This document shows, in pieces, positions 55,365 through 64,000 of a stretch of 64,000 nt of DNA; position 1 is the stretch's first letter, and each line of letters begins with the position of its first letter. Below the pieces are notes generated by a model. It saw only the letters and a list, made by a program, of their open reading frames with translations, did no database searches and had not been told where the DNA came from. Where the stretch lies: positions 64,001-128,000 of IMG/VR virus record IMGVR_UViG_3300016667_000484. One strand, written 5' to 3'. The stretch is from a virus (Duplodnaviria; Heunggongvirae; Uroviricota; Caudoviricetes). Both the position numbers and the translations under genes were made by a program.

Positions 55365-56534
55365 TTACCAGTCATCAAGCCACGTATCTCGCTTTGGAAT
55401 GTACACTGGCTCGATTTGCGGTTCAATATCATCCCACGTTAATCCGAACGGCATCAGATCGTCCATGATCTCTTCATCAGTCTTTTCACGAAGTCTCATC
55501 ATCGTATTTATGTCAGTGATGTCTTTGAAGAACGGTTGTGTGGTCAACCACGCAAAAAGAACGAGTCCCATCACCAAGTCATCATGACAACCAGATTCAG
55601 CTTCATATGACGCGCCTTTTCTCGAGAACGTCGACAATTCATTGATCGTATGGAAGTCATAGATCTGAAGTTGCTTCTGTTCACAGAGAAGTTTCAACAC
55701 CGAACACCCAATCGACTTGACCTGCTTAGTCGTACGAATACCTTTGTCGACATTCGAACCAAAGCCACCAGAGATTCTCTTCCCTGATCGTCCGGCTGAT
55801 TCAGTGTAAAGCAGAGTCTCGACTTCAAAGTCAAAGTGAAGTGTATCTGAAACTTGTCCACCGATGTCGTTGATCTCGATTAGAACATATGCGTCGTTGT
55901 AGGACTTCGTTGTTCTGAAGATGATGTCGGCGTAGTCAACAGGTGTCACGAAGTTGTTGCGATATGTCGCCACTTGCTGGTATGGCATCTTCGTCACGTC
56001 GATGATGTGGAACGCTGAGTAGTCAAGACCTTTACCACGAGAGACGTCTGCGATACATACGTATGTTCGACCCTTCTCTGGGCGTGAGTAGACTGACAAG
56101 CCCTGTGACTCGTGAAGTGGAGTCTTATAAGCAGTCTGCATGAACTTGAGTGTAGCACCATCGATCAGTGTACCAGATGAACCTAGGAACTGACAATTAT
56201 GACTTACTACGTCGTTTGTGTAATATTCGTGTCCGGCGCCAACTTCAAGCAAATCGTAGTAATACTCTTCATTCTGGCTGTCATTCGTGAAAACCGCGTT
56301 AACACGTTCTAAACCATCTTTGGTAAAAATTTGATCGTCAGTTTTTAATTGTCTTGCACTCATAAACCCTAATGGCGTCTTGATTAAGTGTTCAGGCGTA
56401 CACTCAACGGTCTTTCCAGAGTTGGTAAAAACGTGAGTGCTTTCTTTTCGTTTAGTTCTAGAAATACCTTCAAAATCTTGCCAACCATTAGGTGTTAAGA
56501 CTTGAATGTTCGATAGATTTTGTACTTTTTCCAT
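55365..56534 (-). CDS. gp17: Terminase large subunit C-terminal half fused to split-intein C fragment
   Basis: 113-aa intein part ending VVSHN, then CQFLGSSGTLID...DVSRGKGLDYS...HDDLVM nuclease domain. Confidence 0.93.
   Translation of the reverse strand: MEKVQNLSNIQVLTPNGWQDFEGISRTKRKESTHVFTNSGKTVECTPEHLIKTPLGFMSARQLKTDDQIFTKDGLERVNAVFTNDSQNEEYYYDLLEVGAGHEYYTNDVVSHNCQFLGSSGTLIDGATLKFMQTAYKTPLHESQGLSVYSRPEKGRTYVCIADVSRGKGLDYSAFHIIDVTKMPYQQVATYRNNFVTPVDYADIIFRTTKSYNDAYVLIEINDIGGQVSDTLHFDFEVETLLYTESAGRSGKRISGGFGSNVDKGIRTTKQVKSIGCSVLKLLCEQKQLQIYDFHTINELSTFSRKGASYEAESGCHDDLVMGLVLFAWLTTQPFFKDITDINTMMRLREKTDEEIMDDLMPFGLTWDDIEPQIEPVYIPKRDTWLDDW
56196..56534 (-). mobile_element. Split intein, C-terminal fragment (IntC, 113 aa)
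   Basis: Block B CTPEH, block F YYDLLEV, block G SHN followed by Cys+1. Confidence 0.92.
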
Positions 56535-57195
56535 TTAGGATTCCTCTTATTGCGTTAGAAGTAACACCAAAGACTATAGCGTAATATTCGGCATAAAGCT
56601 TTTCTAACGTTAATGATTTCCCATTAGGTGTTGTCAACTGCTTGATGGCGACAGATCCAACATGTTCTTTATCAGATGATTTAACGAACTGCTTAACAAA
56701 TTCATCTTCAAACTCTATGGAGTTATTCTTGTATGATTCAATAATAGCAATGACTTCATCTTTAGAAACCTTTCTGCTACCATGAAATTTACCGACCCTA
56801 CCTGCAGACATTTTATCTTTAGTTTCTTTGCTCAGTGTTCTACCATTCTGACGGTAGGAACCGGTCTTAGACCAATGATTCTCGCGCATTTTAAACTTAG
56901 TTTCTTCAGAAAATTTTAGTCCGAGGGTGTTGAATTTTTCACAATCTTTTAGTTTTCCGCCATTTGGCGTCATATTCAAACCATTATTATACGTATCATA
57001 CTTGGTTATAAAGTATTCTTCTAATTTTCTGGCTTCACTATAATCATCACATGTTGATAAGATAATGTGTTCTTTGACACCACTTTCAAATCTTTTAGAC
57101 CTACGGTGATCAGACAGACGCTTATTCATATTCAATGTAATCCCAACGTATTTCATATCATCAGTTCTAATTATAAGATAGACGTAAATAGTCAT
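56488..57195 (-). mobile_element. GIY-YIG homing endonuclease between the two gp17 halves
   Basis: IYVYLI...KYVGIT..RLSDH, NGLNMTPNGG, NUMOD3 motifs; AT-rich. Confidence 0.88.
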
Positions 57196-57214
57196 GTTAA
57201 TTCTCCTTCATGAC

Positions 57215-57222
57215 TATTTATA
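57215..57222 (-). promoter_or_regulatory. T4-type late promoter TATAAATA
   Basis: Upstream of the GIY-YIG gene and gp17 C-half. Confidence 0.8.
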
Positions 57223-57226
57223 ATTC

Positions 57227-58138
57227 CTAGGAATTAGCAAGTAAAGTGTATAGATCTTGAACACTGATTTTTCTTATTTCACCGGTGCTTTTATCCCGAA
57301 TTGTAACCAAAGTAGATCCATGCACGCATTCATATTCTTGGGCAAACTTCTCTTGGTCAAAGTTGAGTGCCTCGAGTGTCTCCTGCTTCCAAGCTTCACC
57401 GCGGCCGGGTACAAGATCCCACGTGACTTCGACGTATTGGTAACCATTCGACCCTTGCTTCGCGCCTTCACAGATCTTGAAGAAGTGGTTCAGGCCGTTA
57501 GGAGTAGAAGTCATCAGCAGTTTAGTTTCTTCACCGGATGAGATGGTTGGGTAAACCGAAGCGAAGAACTCGTCATAACCTTCCACGAACGCACATTCGT
57601 CGATGTACAGGAACGCGATCGACTTACCACGAATGGAGCTCGATGTGGTCGTACCTGCGTAGACCTTACAACCATTCTCAAGTTCGATCGAGTTCTTGTT
57701 CCACTCAAGGATACCATGCTGCATCCACTTTGGCAAGTTTTCATACGCGAGTTTGACTCGCTCGAGAACTTCCTTTGAACCCTCGCCTTTGTTTGAGAGG
57801 ATACCCACGTTCTTGAATTCATTGAAGATGATATAGTGGAGGATGATAGCGACTGCTGTGGTAGTCTTACCCGCCTGACGTGCGGTAAGCACAGCGACAC
57901 GACGATTGTTGAAGATCTTCGTGGCGATTTCTTTCTGATAGTCATACATCTGAAGCGGAATGAGACCGCGGTCAACGTGTACGATTTTGATGTACTTCTC
58001 AGCGAAATAGATGGGATCCATCATACACAGCGCCATCTCTTGAAGCTGCTCAGGTGTCCACTGCTGTTGCTGACCGATACGCTTGAGGAGGTTGTTACCT
58101 AGGTAACCCTTCTCTGGCTTAGGAGTTTGATTGTCCAT
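57227..58138 (-). CDS. gp17: Terminase large subunit N-terminal (ATPase) half fused to split-intein N fragment
   Basis: YQKE, ARQAGKTT, YIDECAF, TSTPNG motifs. Confidence 0.95.
   Translation of the reverse strand: MDNQTPKPEKGYLGNNLLKRIGQQQQWTPEQLQEMALCMMDPIYFAEKYIKIVHVDRGLIPLQMYDYQKEIATKIFNNRRVAVLTARQAGKTTTAVAIILHYIIFNEFKNVGILSNKGEGSKEVLERVKLAYENLPKWMQHGILEWNKNSIELENGCKVYAGTTTSSSIRGKSIAFLYIDECAFVEGYDEFFASVYPTISSGEETKLLMTSTPNGLNHFFKICEGAKQGSNGYQYVEVTWDLVPGRGEAWKQETLEALNFDQEKFAQEYECVHGSTLVTIRDKSTGEIRKISVQDLYTLLANS
57230..57328 (-). mobile_element. Split intein, N-terminal fragment (IntN, 33 aa)
   Basis: CVHGSTLVTIRDKSTGEIRKISVQDLYTLLANS-stop after extein QEYE. Confidence 0.9.
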
Positions 58139-58631
58139 TTTTCCTCATGTCTGCTAGAACTTTCAGCAGATCATGGGTGGTCCCGACGAATAGGTTGTTA
58201 TTTGTCACGTTACCACCAGATCCAGTCTGAGGTTCATCATTAAGCTTTTCCTCTTCAACTTTCTTCTTTGAGAGTTGAACGAGTTCTTTATTGGCGTCGA
58301 CGAGAGTCTTCATAGTCGTGGCCAACACTTCGAATGCTCGAGGATGCTGCGAGGATGTCGCGACACCAAGTAGTTCTTCAAGAGCTTGTGTACCCTTTTC
58401 AATCACGTCATACATGTTCTTTCGAGCGTAGTCATAGTCATTATCAGCTTCTTCTGTTCGTGACATCGGAGGCTGAGGTTCCTTTGGTATATGCGCAGTC
58501 AACTTCTTTGATAGGTGTGACGCGTCAGCTGACAACGGTTTAGCGACTGGCTTATCTTCTACGATTTCAGCTTCTTCAATCTCAGCACCAAGTGGAGGTA
58601 ACCCAAGATACTTACTCAATTTCTCTGTCAT
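58119..58631 (-). CDS. gp16: Terminase small subunit
   Basis: DYDYARKN, HPRAFEV, NNNLFVGTT.DL. Confidence 0.92.
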   Translation of the reverse strand: MTEKLSKYLGLPPLGAEIEEAEIVEDKPVAKPLSADASHLSKKLTAHIPKEPQPPMSRTEEADNDYDYARKNMYDVIEKGTQALEELLGVATSSQHPRAFEVLATTMKTLVDANKELVQLSKKKVEEEKLNDEPQTGSGGNVTNNNLFVGTTHDLLKVLADMRKNGQSNS

Positions 58632-59422
58632 GCTGGTAGAATCCTCACGATGTGAGCCCAATCATCTTCAATGTTGATGTTGGCATATGGTATAGTTTGT
58701 GTAATGTCAGTCGTTGGTTGACCGTTGGCAGTCAATCCAGGCTGGACGTTGATTTGCTCAACCGGATTAGATGCATCCATCGAACTAAAGAAGTTGACGT
58801 CAGCGAACTTGATGATCTTCTTCTCAGTCGTTGGACCGTAGTAGTAACCCTTGATCGTAAAAGTCAACGTCCACGTGATGGCACGAAGTTCTTCATACGA
58901 TCCCTCGTAGGAATCTTCTTTTGACACAGAATTCAACACGATCGGGATGTCAGTCAATTCATCTGAGCCATCGACCAACTTAGCACTCACAGTAAACGCT
59001 GGTCTAAAATATGGCAGAATCTGCTCAACGATCTTGAGTCCGTCTTCCGAATACTTCACCATGATGTTGAGTTCGAACGCCAGGTCATATGGAACCGGAG
59101 AGTATTGCACGCCAGCAGTACTTGGAGTTGTGCCGTTCGTCTTGTTGCCAAACATTCCCGTGAGTTTTCTCTCGCCATCATACTCGATGTTGATCATCTC
59201 GAATGACATACGTGGAAGAGTGATGGCAGGAGCGGTGAATGTTGGGTCTTGCTCGATTCTCGCGAGATATTTCTCCATTGGACCATAGTTCAATGGAACT
59301 TTCATGATCTGTTGCTGAACACCGGCGTTGTCTTTGCGATAGATTGATATGTCATTGAACAACGTACCAAACATCGCTACGTATCGACGAGTCGTTTGAT
59401 TATAGAATGTGTGACCGAACAT
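58628..59422 (-). CDS. gp15: Tail sheath stabiliser/terminator
   Basis: FGTLFNDI, KVPLNYGP, LPRMSFE, QILPYF. Confidence 0.95.
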   Translation of the reverse strand: MFGHTFYNQTTRRYVAMFGTLFNDISIYRKDNAGVQQQIMKVPLNYGPMEKYLARIEQDPTFTAPAITLPRMSFEMINIEYDGERKLTGMFGNKTNGTTPSTAGVQYSPVPYDLAFELNIMVKYSEDGLKIVEQILPYFRPAFTVSAKLVDGSDELTDIPIVLNSVSKEDSYEGSYEELRAITWTLTFTIKGYYYGPTTEKKIIKFADVNFFSSMDASNPVEQINVQPGLTANGQPTTDITQTIPYANINIEDDWAHIVRILPA

Positions 59423-60084
59423 TAGTAGTTACTCTCGCCAAATGGATTCGATTCGCTGAAGTCGAGTATGTTGTCAGCTTCAGTTTCAATCGTCAGGTTG
59501 TCAGCAATCGGATCGATGGACTCGATTCCAGCGATTGTGTTGTTCGCAGTCGTCTTGTACTTAAGTAGCCACGTGTCAATCTCTTCAACGCCCGTATTGA
59601 ACACCTCGTTCGAGTATTCAAACAGCTCAACGCGGAAGTCATAAACCTGAAGTGAACCCATCTGATAGAAGATAGACTCGTGTTCGACGTGCTTGATTTG
59701 AAAGATCTTTCGGTTCAGAGGGAAGTAGATCAAGTCGCCTTCAAGTGGACGAACCTCTTCATTGTACAAACCGACGTCTTCCATGAACTTTCTCATCGAC
59801 ATCGTGAGAGTCATCGAGTCACGAATCTGTAGACCGAACTTCGAGAGGAAGTCACCATCACCTTGGAACCCTTCAACGTTCTTCACGTACATCTCAACGA
59901 GGAACGCCTGATCGTAAGTCGGCAAGTCATCTTCATTGAGCAGGTCATCGAGCGCGCCATAATTACGCTTCATGTACCACACATCGATGCCGAAGATACG
60001 AATACTCTCAATGATCAGATCTTCAATGAGTCGCTGTTCACCTGAGTTCGTAAAGTTGTTGAAGTAGAAATTTTGCGCCATCAA
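59422..60084 (-). CDS. gp14: Neck protein
   Basis: EQRLIEDLIIESI, GDFLSKFG, EGDLIYFP, FEYSNE. Confidence 0.95.
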   Translation of the reverse strand: MMAQNFYFNNFTNSGEQRLIEDLIIESIRIFGIDVWYMKRNYGALDDLLNEDDLPTYDQAFLVEMYVKNVEGFQGDGDFLSKFGLQIRDSMTLTMSMRKFMEDVGLYNEEVRPLEGDLIYFPLNRKIFQIKHVEHESIFYQMGSLQVYDFRVELFEYSNEVFNTGVEEIDTWLLKYKTTANNTIAGIESIDPIADNLTIETEADNILDFSESNPFGESNY

Positions 60085-60698
60085 ACATAACTCACATTAG
60101 GGTTATTCTTTTTGATCATACCGTACAGTTGCGTTCTGCTATATGGACCATTTTCAACTGCTGATTTAACCGATTCATATTTTACACCATTGACTACGAT
60201 TTGCTTTCGCATCTTAGTCAAATACTCTTCAGAATTATGTGCCTCTTTGATGGCTTTACTGTGTTCCAAAGTCTTCGATTTACCGCTTAGTTGTGATCGA
60301 ATCAATTTCTTAGTTGATTCATTGTGTGGTCCATTTATTCTACCTGTCAACGATGATTTGATTTTGTCAATAGTTTCCCGTGTATGTACTTTACCATAAA
60401 ACGGATTTAGTTTTCCAGTTCTAAGTCGGTTCAGTTCACTAATGACGTTACTCAATTCTTCTGGCGTTTTAGCCATACGTTTCGCAATCATATGACATGC
60501 AGCATAATCACCCTGATTAAAATGTAAATCATAATGTTCTTTAATTGTAACCAACTTCAAATTTGAAATGTCGTTATTACCATGATTACCGTCTACATGA
60601 TGGATTTCATATGATCTACCAAACTCATCTTTGGGAATCTTACCATTTGCAGATTCCCAAATTTTTCTATATGTCCTATTGCTCATTTGCTCATCCAA
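60081..60698 (-). mobile_element. Free-standing HNH homing endonuclease with NUMOD3
   Basis: YEIHHVDGNHGNNDISNL..EH..H; NPFYGKVHTRET; AT-rich. Confidence 0.88.
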
Positions 60699-61431
60699 TC
60701 AGGTCATGGACCGGGAGTGAATAACTCGACAGCATCTCATCTTCAAGTCTTCTAATCTCTGCGACAGCATCATCGAGTATTCGTTCACCGTTAAATTGTA
60801 CACCACCTGGAAGTTGCATGCCAATAAATTTCGTGAGGTTTCTTCCCCAGGCTTCTTGGATCTTCGCTGTCGCGTAGTTCTGAAGCCAACGATCTTTCCA
60901 CACGTCGGCGTAGACTTCTGGATCAACAGTCTGATAGCACTCATAGATCACCCAGTTGCCAACATCAAGTTTATCCCAGTCCGCGTCGATGTAAAGGCGA
61001 TTCACATGACGATTGTAGCGAAGAGGCTGACGACCAACTAGCAACTCTTCCATGAATCCCAAGTATTGGAAAGACATGTAATAGTTGACCATGTTGTAGT
61101 TGACAAACTCATGCAGGTTGTTTAAGATGAACTGGTAACGAGCGCTGAAGATACTCGAACCAATGAGACCAGTGTCGACTGGAAATAGGTTCACTACACC
61201 AATGACGTTCTCTGGAACTGGCAAGTAACGGTTATTTTTGTCAGTCTGTGTGATCTGATACTTCGTATATGACTTTTGTGCACCATCAAAGTGATAGTCC
61301 CAGTAGTATGACAACGCCTCATCGACACGATCATCGAGCTGGTCTTGATCTACGTTGATCTCGATCACTGGCTTGCCTAGCTTACGTAGGCACCATTCTT
61401 TGAATTCTGCGCGTGTAGTAGGTTGTGCCAT
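60691..61431 (-). CDS. gp13: Neck protein
   Basis: CLRKLGKPVIEINVD, QEAWGRNLTKF.GMQLPGGV. Confidence 0.96.
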   Translation of the reverse strand: MAQPTTRAEFKEWCLRKLGKPVIEINVDQDQLDDRVDEALSYYWDYHFDGAQKSYTKYQITQTDKNNRYLPVPENVIGVVNLFPVDTGLIGSSIFSARYQFILNNLHEFVNYNMVNYYMSFQYLGFMEELLVGRQPLRYNRHVNRLYIDADWDKLDVGNWVIYECYQTVDPEVYADVWKDRWLQNYATAKIQEAWGRNLTKFIGMQLPGGVQFNGERILDDAVAEIRRLEDEMLSSYSLPVHDLIG

Positions 61432-61449
61432 GTGAATCTCCTTTGAGGA

Positions 61450-61457
61450 TATTTATA
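61450..61457 (-). promoter_or_regulatory. T4-type late promoter TATAAATA
   Basis: Upstream of gp13. Confidence 0.8.
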
Positions 61458-61914
61458 ACGTAGGCCAAACTACATCAAAGGGGAACCCAGATTGTTGGGT
61501 TATGTCGCGAAGTGCTTGACGATACACTACAACGTTGTTTGGTACTGCCACTCCAGTTTCAAGTGATTTGATCACATACCAATCGGTTTCTGCTAATAGA
61601 GCGTCTCTTTGGGTTCGAACGTTGGTACTATTATCTTGAATGATTTGTTGTTTTTCTTCGTCAGAGAGTTCTAAAACATTCCAATCTTGCACCCATATAT
61701 TATCGATTAAAATCGGGTCTTGTTGCACAACTCTTTGAACATGTGGATCATGACTCGGCATCGGTTTAACATTGACCGGATAGACGTTAAATTCCGCACA
61801 CGTTTCGTCTGTCATTGGTAATGGGAATGATACATTAGGATTATCGTATCTAAGTTGATCTTGACTGTACGGATATTGATAACCGGTGTTAGTTACTAAA
61901 ATGTACATTTTCAA
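61453..61914 (-). CDS. Tail fibre assembly chaperone-like protein
   Basis: C-terminal VRTQRDALLAETDW...YRQALRDIT.QSGFPFDVVWP. Confidence 0.75.
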   Translation of the reverse strand: MKMYILVTNTGYQYPYSQDQLRYDNPNVSFPLPMTDETCAEFNVYPVNVKPMPSHDPHVQRVVQQDPILIDNIWVQDWNVLELSDEEKQQIIQDNSTNVRTQRDALLAETDWYVIKSLETGVAVPNNVVVYRQALRDITQQSGFPFDVVWPTL

Positions 61915-62179
61915 CTCCCAGCTGGTCTTGAATTACATCCCGAATAATCATAGCTTTACGCTGTTCAATTAATGAAGATTGAAGTAAACCTTCAAGTTGT
62001 GCTTTAAATTCCATCATGGCTTCATCAATAGGTGATTCACCGATATGTTCTTTGTTGATTTTTTCAATAGCAAGAGTGTAGTTATCAATATTAATTTGAT
62101 ATTCTAGGATTTCTTGGTGTCGTTGGTTCAGAGCCTGAGTTAAAATTTCTTGTTTATTCATAATATGTTCCTTATCCAA
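61889..62179 (-). CDS. Hypothetical helical protein
   Basis: ORF track; coupled to neighbours. Confidence 0.5.
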   Translation of the reverse strand: MDKEHIMNKQEILTQALNQRHQEILEYQINIDNYTLAIEKINKEHIGESPIDEAMMEFKAQLEGLLQSSLIEQRKAMIIRDVIQDQLGVENVHFSN

Positions 62180-63200
62180 ATGTTACGCCATACGCAGTTG
62201 TTGCGCTAGCGGATAGAGCAGTTCCTGGGTTTGCGTATTTAGTACCGAATCCAGAAGACGACCATCGATATACGCTGATGAATGGTGTAGTCACATGTGC
62301 TACAGCTATAGCCGTATTATCTGCCGAAAACGCTACGCTGTATCCGACGCCTGCAGGTAAAGTTCCTGGGTTAGTATACTTAGTGCCGAATCCGGTAGAC
62401 GTCCACGGATATGCAGTAATGTAAGGAGTACCAGTGTGTGCAACAGCAATTTGGTTGCCGTCTGCAGAAAAAGATATTCCGCGGCCAGTACTAGCAGGAA
62501 GAGTTCCTGGGTTAGTGTACTTAGTACCGAAACCCGGTGACCATGGATACACCGATATAAACGGAGTGCTAGCATGAACAACCGCGATGTTACTTCCATC
62601 GGGAGAGAAGTTCACGCCAAACGCGTTTCCTGTAGGTAAAGTTCCTGGGTTTGCGTACTTAGTACCGAAACCCGGTGACCATGGATACACCGATATATAT
62701 GGTGTACCAGTGTGACCAACGGCTAACTGATTACCATTAGGAGAAAACGCTATAGCGTTTCCAGCGCCGCCTGGAAGAGTTCCCGGGTTTGCGTATTTAG
62801 TGCCGAATCCCGATGAAGACCATGGATACGCTGCTACGAACGGTGTACCGGCGTGTGATATAGCTATAGATGTAGCTGATGGCGTGAACGAAACACCGTT
62901 ACCCTGACCAGTAGGAAGAGTTGCTGGGTTTGCGTATTTAGTGCCAAATCCCGACGAAGACCATGGATAAACAGTAACAAATGGTGATACCGCGTGGGAT
63001 ACCGCTAAGTATGCATTACTCTTTGAAAACTCTGGATTATATGCAGTGCCAGTCGGTGTAGTAGCAGGATCTGAAAATTTAGTGCCAAATCCTGACGTAG
63101 CAGTCCATCTGTAAACAGAAATATAGGGTGTTCCGTCGTGAGTAATGGCGATATATTCTGTCTTCATCACCCCTGATGAAAATAATTTGTTATATAACAT
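62172..63200 (-). CDS. Seven-bladed beta-propeller repeat protein (candidate receptor-binding protein)
   Basis: Seven ~46-aa repeats containing YPW..GFGTKY.NP.TLP; ATG at 63200 coupled (TAATG) to upstream fibre gene. Confidence 0.75.
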   Translation of the reverse strand: MLYNKLFSSGVMKTEYIAITHDGTPYISVYRWTATSGFGTKFSDPATTPTGTAYNPEFSKSNAYLAVSHAVSPFVTVYPWSSSGFGTKYANPATLPTGQGNGVSFTPSATSIAISHAGTPFVAAYPWSSSGFGTKYANPGTLPGGAGNAIAFSPNGNQLAVGHTGTPYISVYPWSPGFGTKYANPGTLPTGNAFGVNFSPDGSNIAVVHASTPFISVYPWSPGFGTKYTNPGTLPASTGRGISFSADGNQIAVAHTGTPYITAYPWTSTGFGTKYTNPGTLPAGVGYSVAFSADNTAIAVAHVTTPFISVYRWSSSGFGTKYANPGTALSASATTAYGVTFG

Positions 63201-64000
63201 TATGCAGAATATCCAACCAAAGATCCGTAAATGGTAGTACCCACTTTCCACAGAGTAATTACAGTCCAACCTGTGGTACCAAGTGTTGGAGCAATACCAC
63301 CGCCCGATGAGTTACCTATCCATGTAACGCCCATAGTAGTCCACGTAATAGTATAAGCCGTACCATTATTTATCATAAGAGTCATTGAAGATCCTGCAGG
63401 CCAGTTAGTTGGGGATACAGGCGTACGAGACGCGCCTAAAGTCCATTGTTGAATCGTACCATTTGCTGGTGACAAGTCAACAGATGCACCGTCGGTCACT
63501 GTAAATATGTCTTCAATAATAGCACCAATGACTTCGATGCCGTTTGGTTTAACCTTCAGCACTTCAACCTGAGTTCCAGCTTTCATCACTGCAAGAGAGA
63601 GTATGCCGTTTTCTGCTGCAGCTGTTGGATCAGAGATGTAACTTTGAATGTAAGAGTAACCAGCTTCACCTGCGTTAGAGTTGTTTCCGCGGAAGCTTAT
63701 CGCACCGATTGCATCGGAAGCCGCAGGCGATGCAGAATCTCTATGGAGAAGTAACGTCGGACCAAACACCGCACCATCATTTGTGTGCGTGACTCGAAGT
63801 GTATCAGGCAAGCTACCAATGTTAGGTGAAGACAAATGGAATGGTGACGCCGGTGTAGTAGTACCGACACCAACTCTGGAGTTAACACTGTCGACGAACA
63901 GTGTTGTAGAGCTGAAGGCAGCGTTAGATGTGGCAGTAAAGATGTCTGAGAATGTTTTTGCACCAGCGATTGTCTGCGTTTCCGCAGTGAGAACACCAGC
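63200..64000 (-). CDS. Tail fibre/structural protein, C-terminal part; runs off the window end
   Basis: Frame open to 64000 (AGVLTAETQTIAGAKTF...SRVGVGTTTP); QTIAGAKTF and VGVGTTTP fibre motifs. Confidence 0.75.
   Translation of the reverse strand, partial: AGVLTAETQTIAGAKTFSDIFTATSNAAFSSTTLFVDSVNSRVGVGTTTPASPFHLSSPNIGSLPDTLRVTHTNDGAVFGPTLLLHRDSASPAASDAIGAISFRGNNSNAGEAGYSYIQSYISDPTAAAENGILSLAVMKAGTQVEVLKVKPNGIEVIGAIIEDIFTVTDGASVDLSPANGTIQQWTLGASRTPVSPTNWPAGSSMTLMINNGTAYTITWTTMGVTWIGNSSGGGIAPTLGTTGWTVITLWKVGTTIYGSLVGYSA

Noticed and set aside
606-62646. Numerous plus-strand ORFs of 60-190 aa in the track
   Set aside because: Antisense shadows of well-supported minus-strand genes, lacking RBS or motifs
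62172-63200. Regularly spaced DNA repeats resembling a CRISPR array
   Set aside because: Repeats are in-frame coding repeats of a beta-propeller; no invariant repeat/unique spacer pattern and no cas genes
1-64000. tRNA or tmRNA genes
   Set aside because: No convincing T-loop/acceptor-stem cloverleaf seen in intergenic spaces by eye; a tRNAscan-SE run would be needed to exclude them formally

Overview
A 64-kb segment of a T4-like (Tevenviridae/Kyanoviridae-type gene order) lytic myovirus genome, almost entirely encoded on the minus strand. In transcription order (right to left) it holds: a tail-fibre/adhesin end, neck and tail genes gp13-gp15, terminase gp16/gp17, sheath/tube gp18/gp19, head genes gp20-gp67-gp68-gp21-gp22-gp23, then gp3, uvsY, uvsW, gp55, gp47/gp46. 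These are followed by a DNA base-modification island (T4 gp42-like dCMP hydroxymethylase, dNMP kinase, dCMP deaminase, alpha-glucosyltransferase homologue, atypical C5-methyltransferase, DUF5664-like NTP pyrophosphatase, GT-A protein) and the replisome (gp45, gp44, gp62, regA, hsp20, gp43, uvsX, gp41). The left part holds a late-promoter region rich in putative internal head proteins, a glycosyltransferase/methyltransferase operon, a contiguous lysis cassette and the 5' part of primase gp61. Six free-standing homing endonuclease genes are present. The gp17 terminase is fractured by an atypically split intein with a GIY-YIG gene between the halves. The most unusual signals are: (i) a cohort of late genes with T4 internal-protein-like capsid-targeting N-termini and repeated I/L-x-E prohead-protease-like sites, including a 1070-aa nucleotidyltransferase + P-loop kinase + putative RNase polyprotein and a ligase-motif/nuclease-motif gene pair, suggesting a virion-delivered enzyme kit; (ii) a candidate ~170-nt structured non-coding RNA on the opposite strand downstream of an inverted GIY-YIG gene; (iii) a C5-methyltransferase with a degenerate SAM motif inside a hydroxymethylcytosine pathway. 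All assignments come from motif recognition by eye; no database searches were run. A Gram-negative host is supported by the spanins; a proteobacterial host is only inferred.
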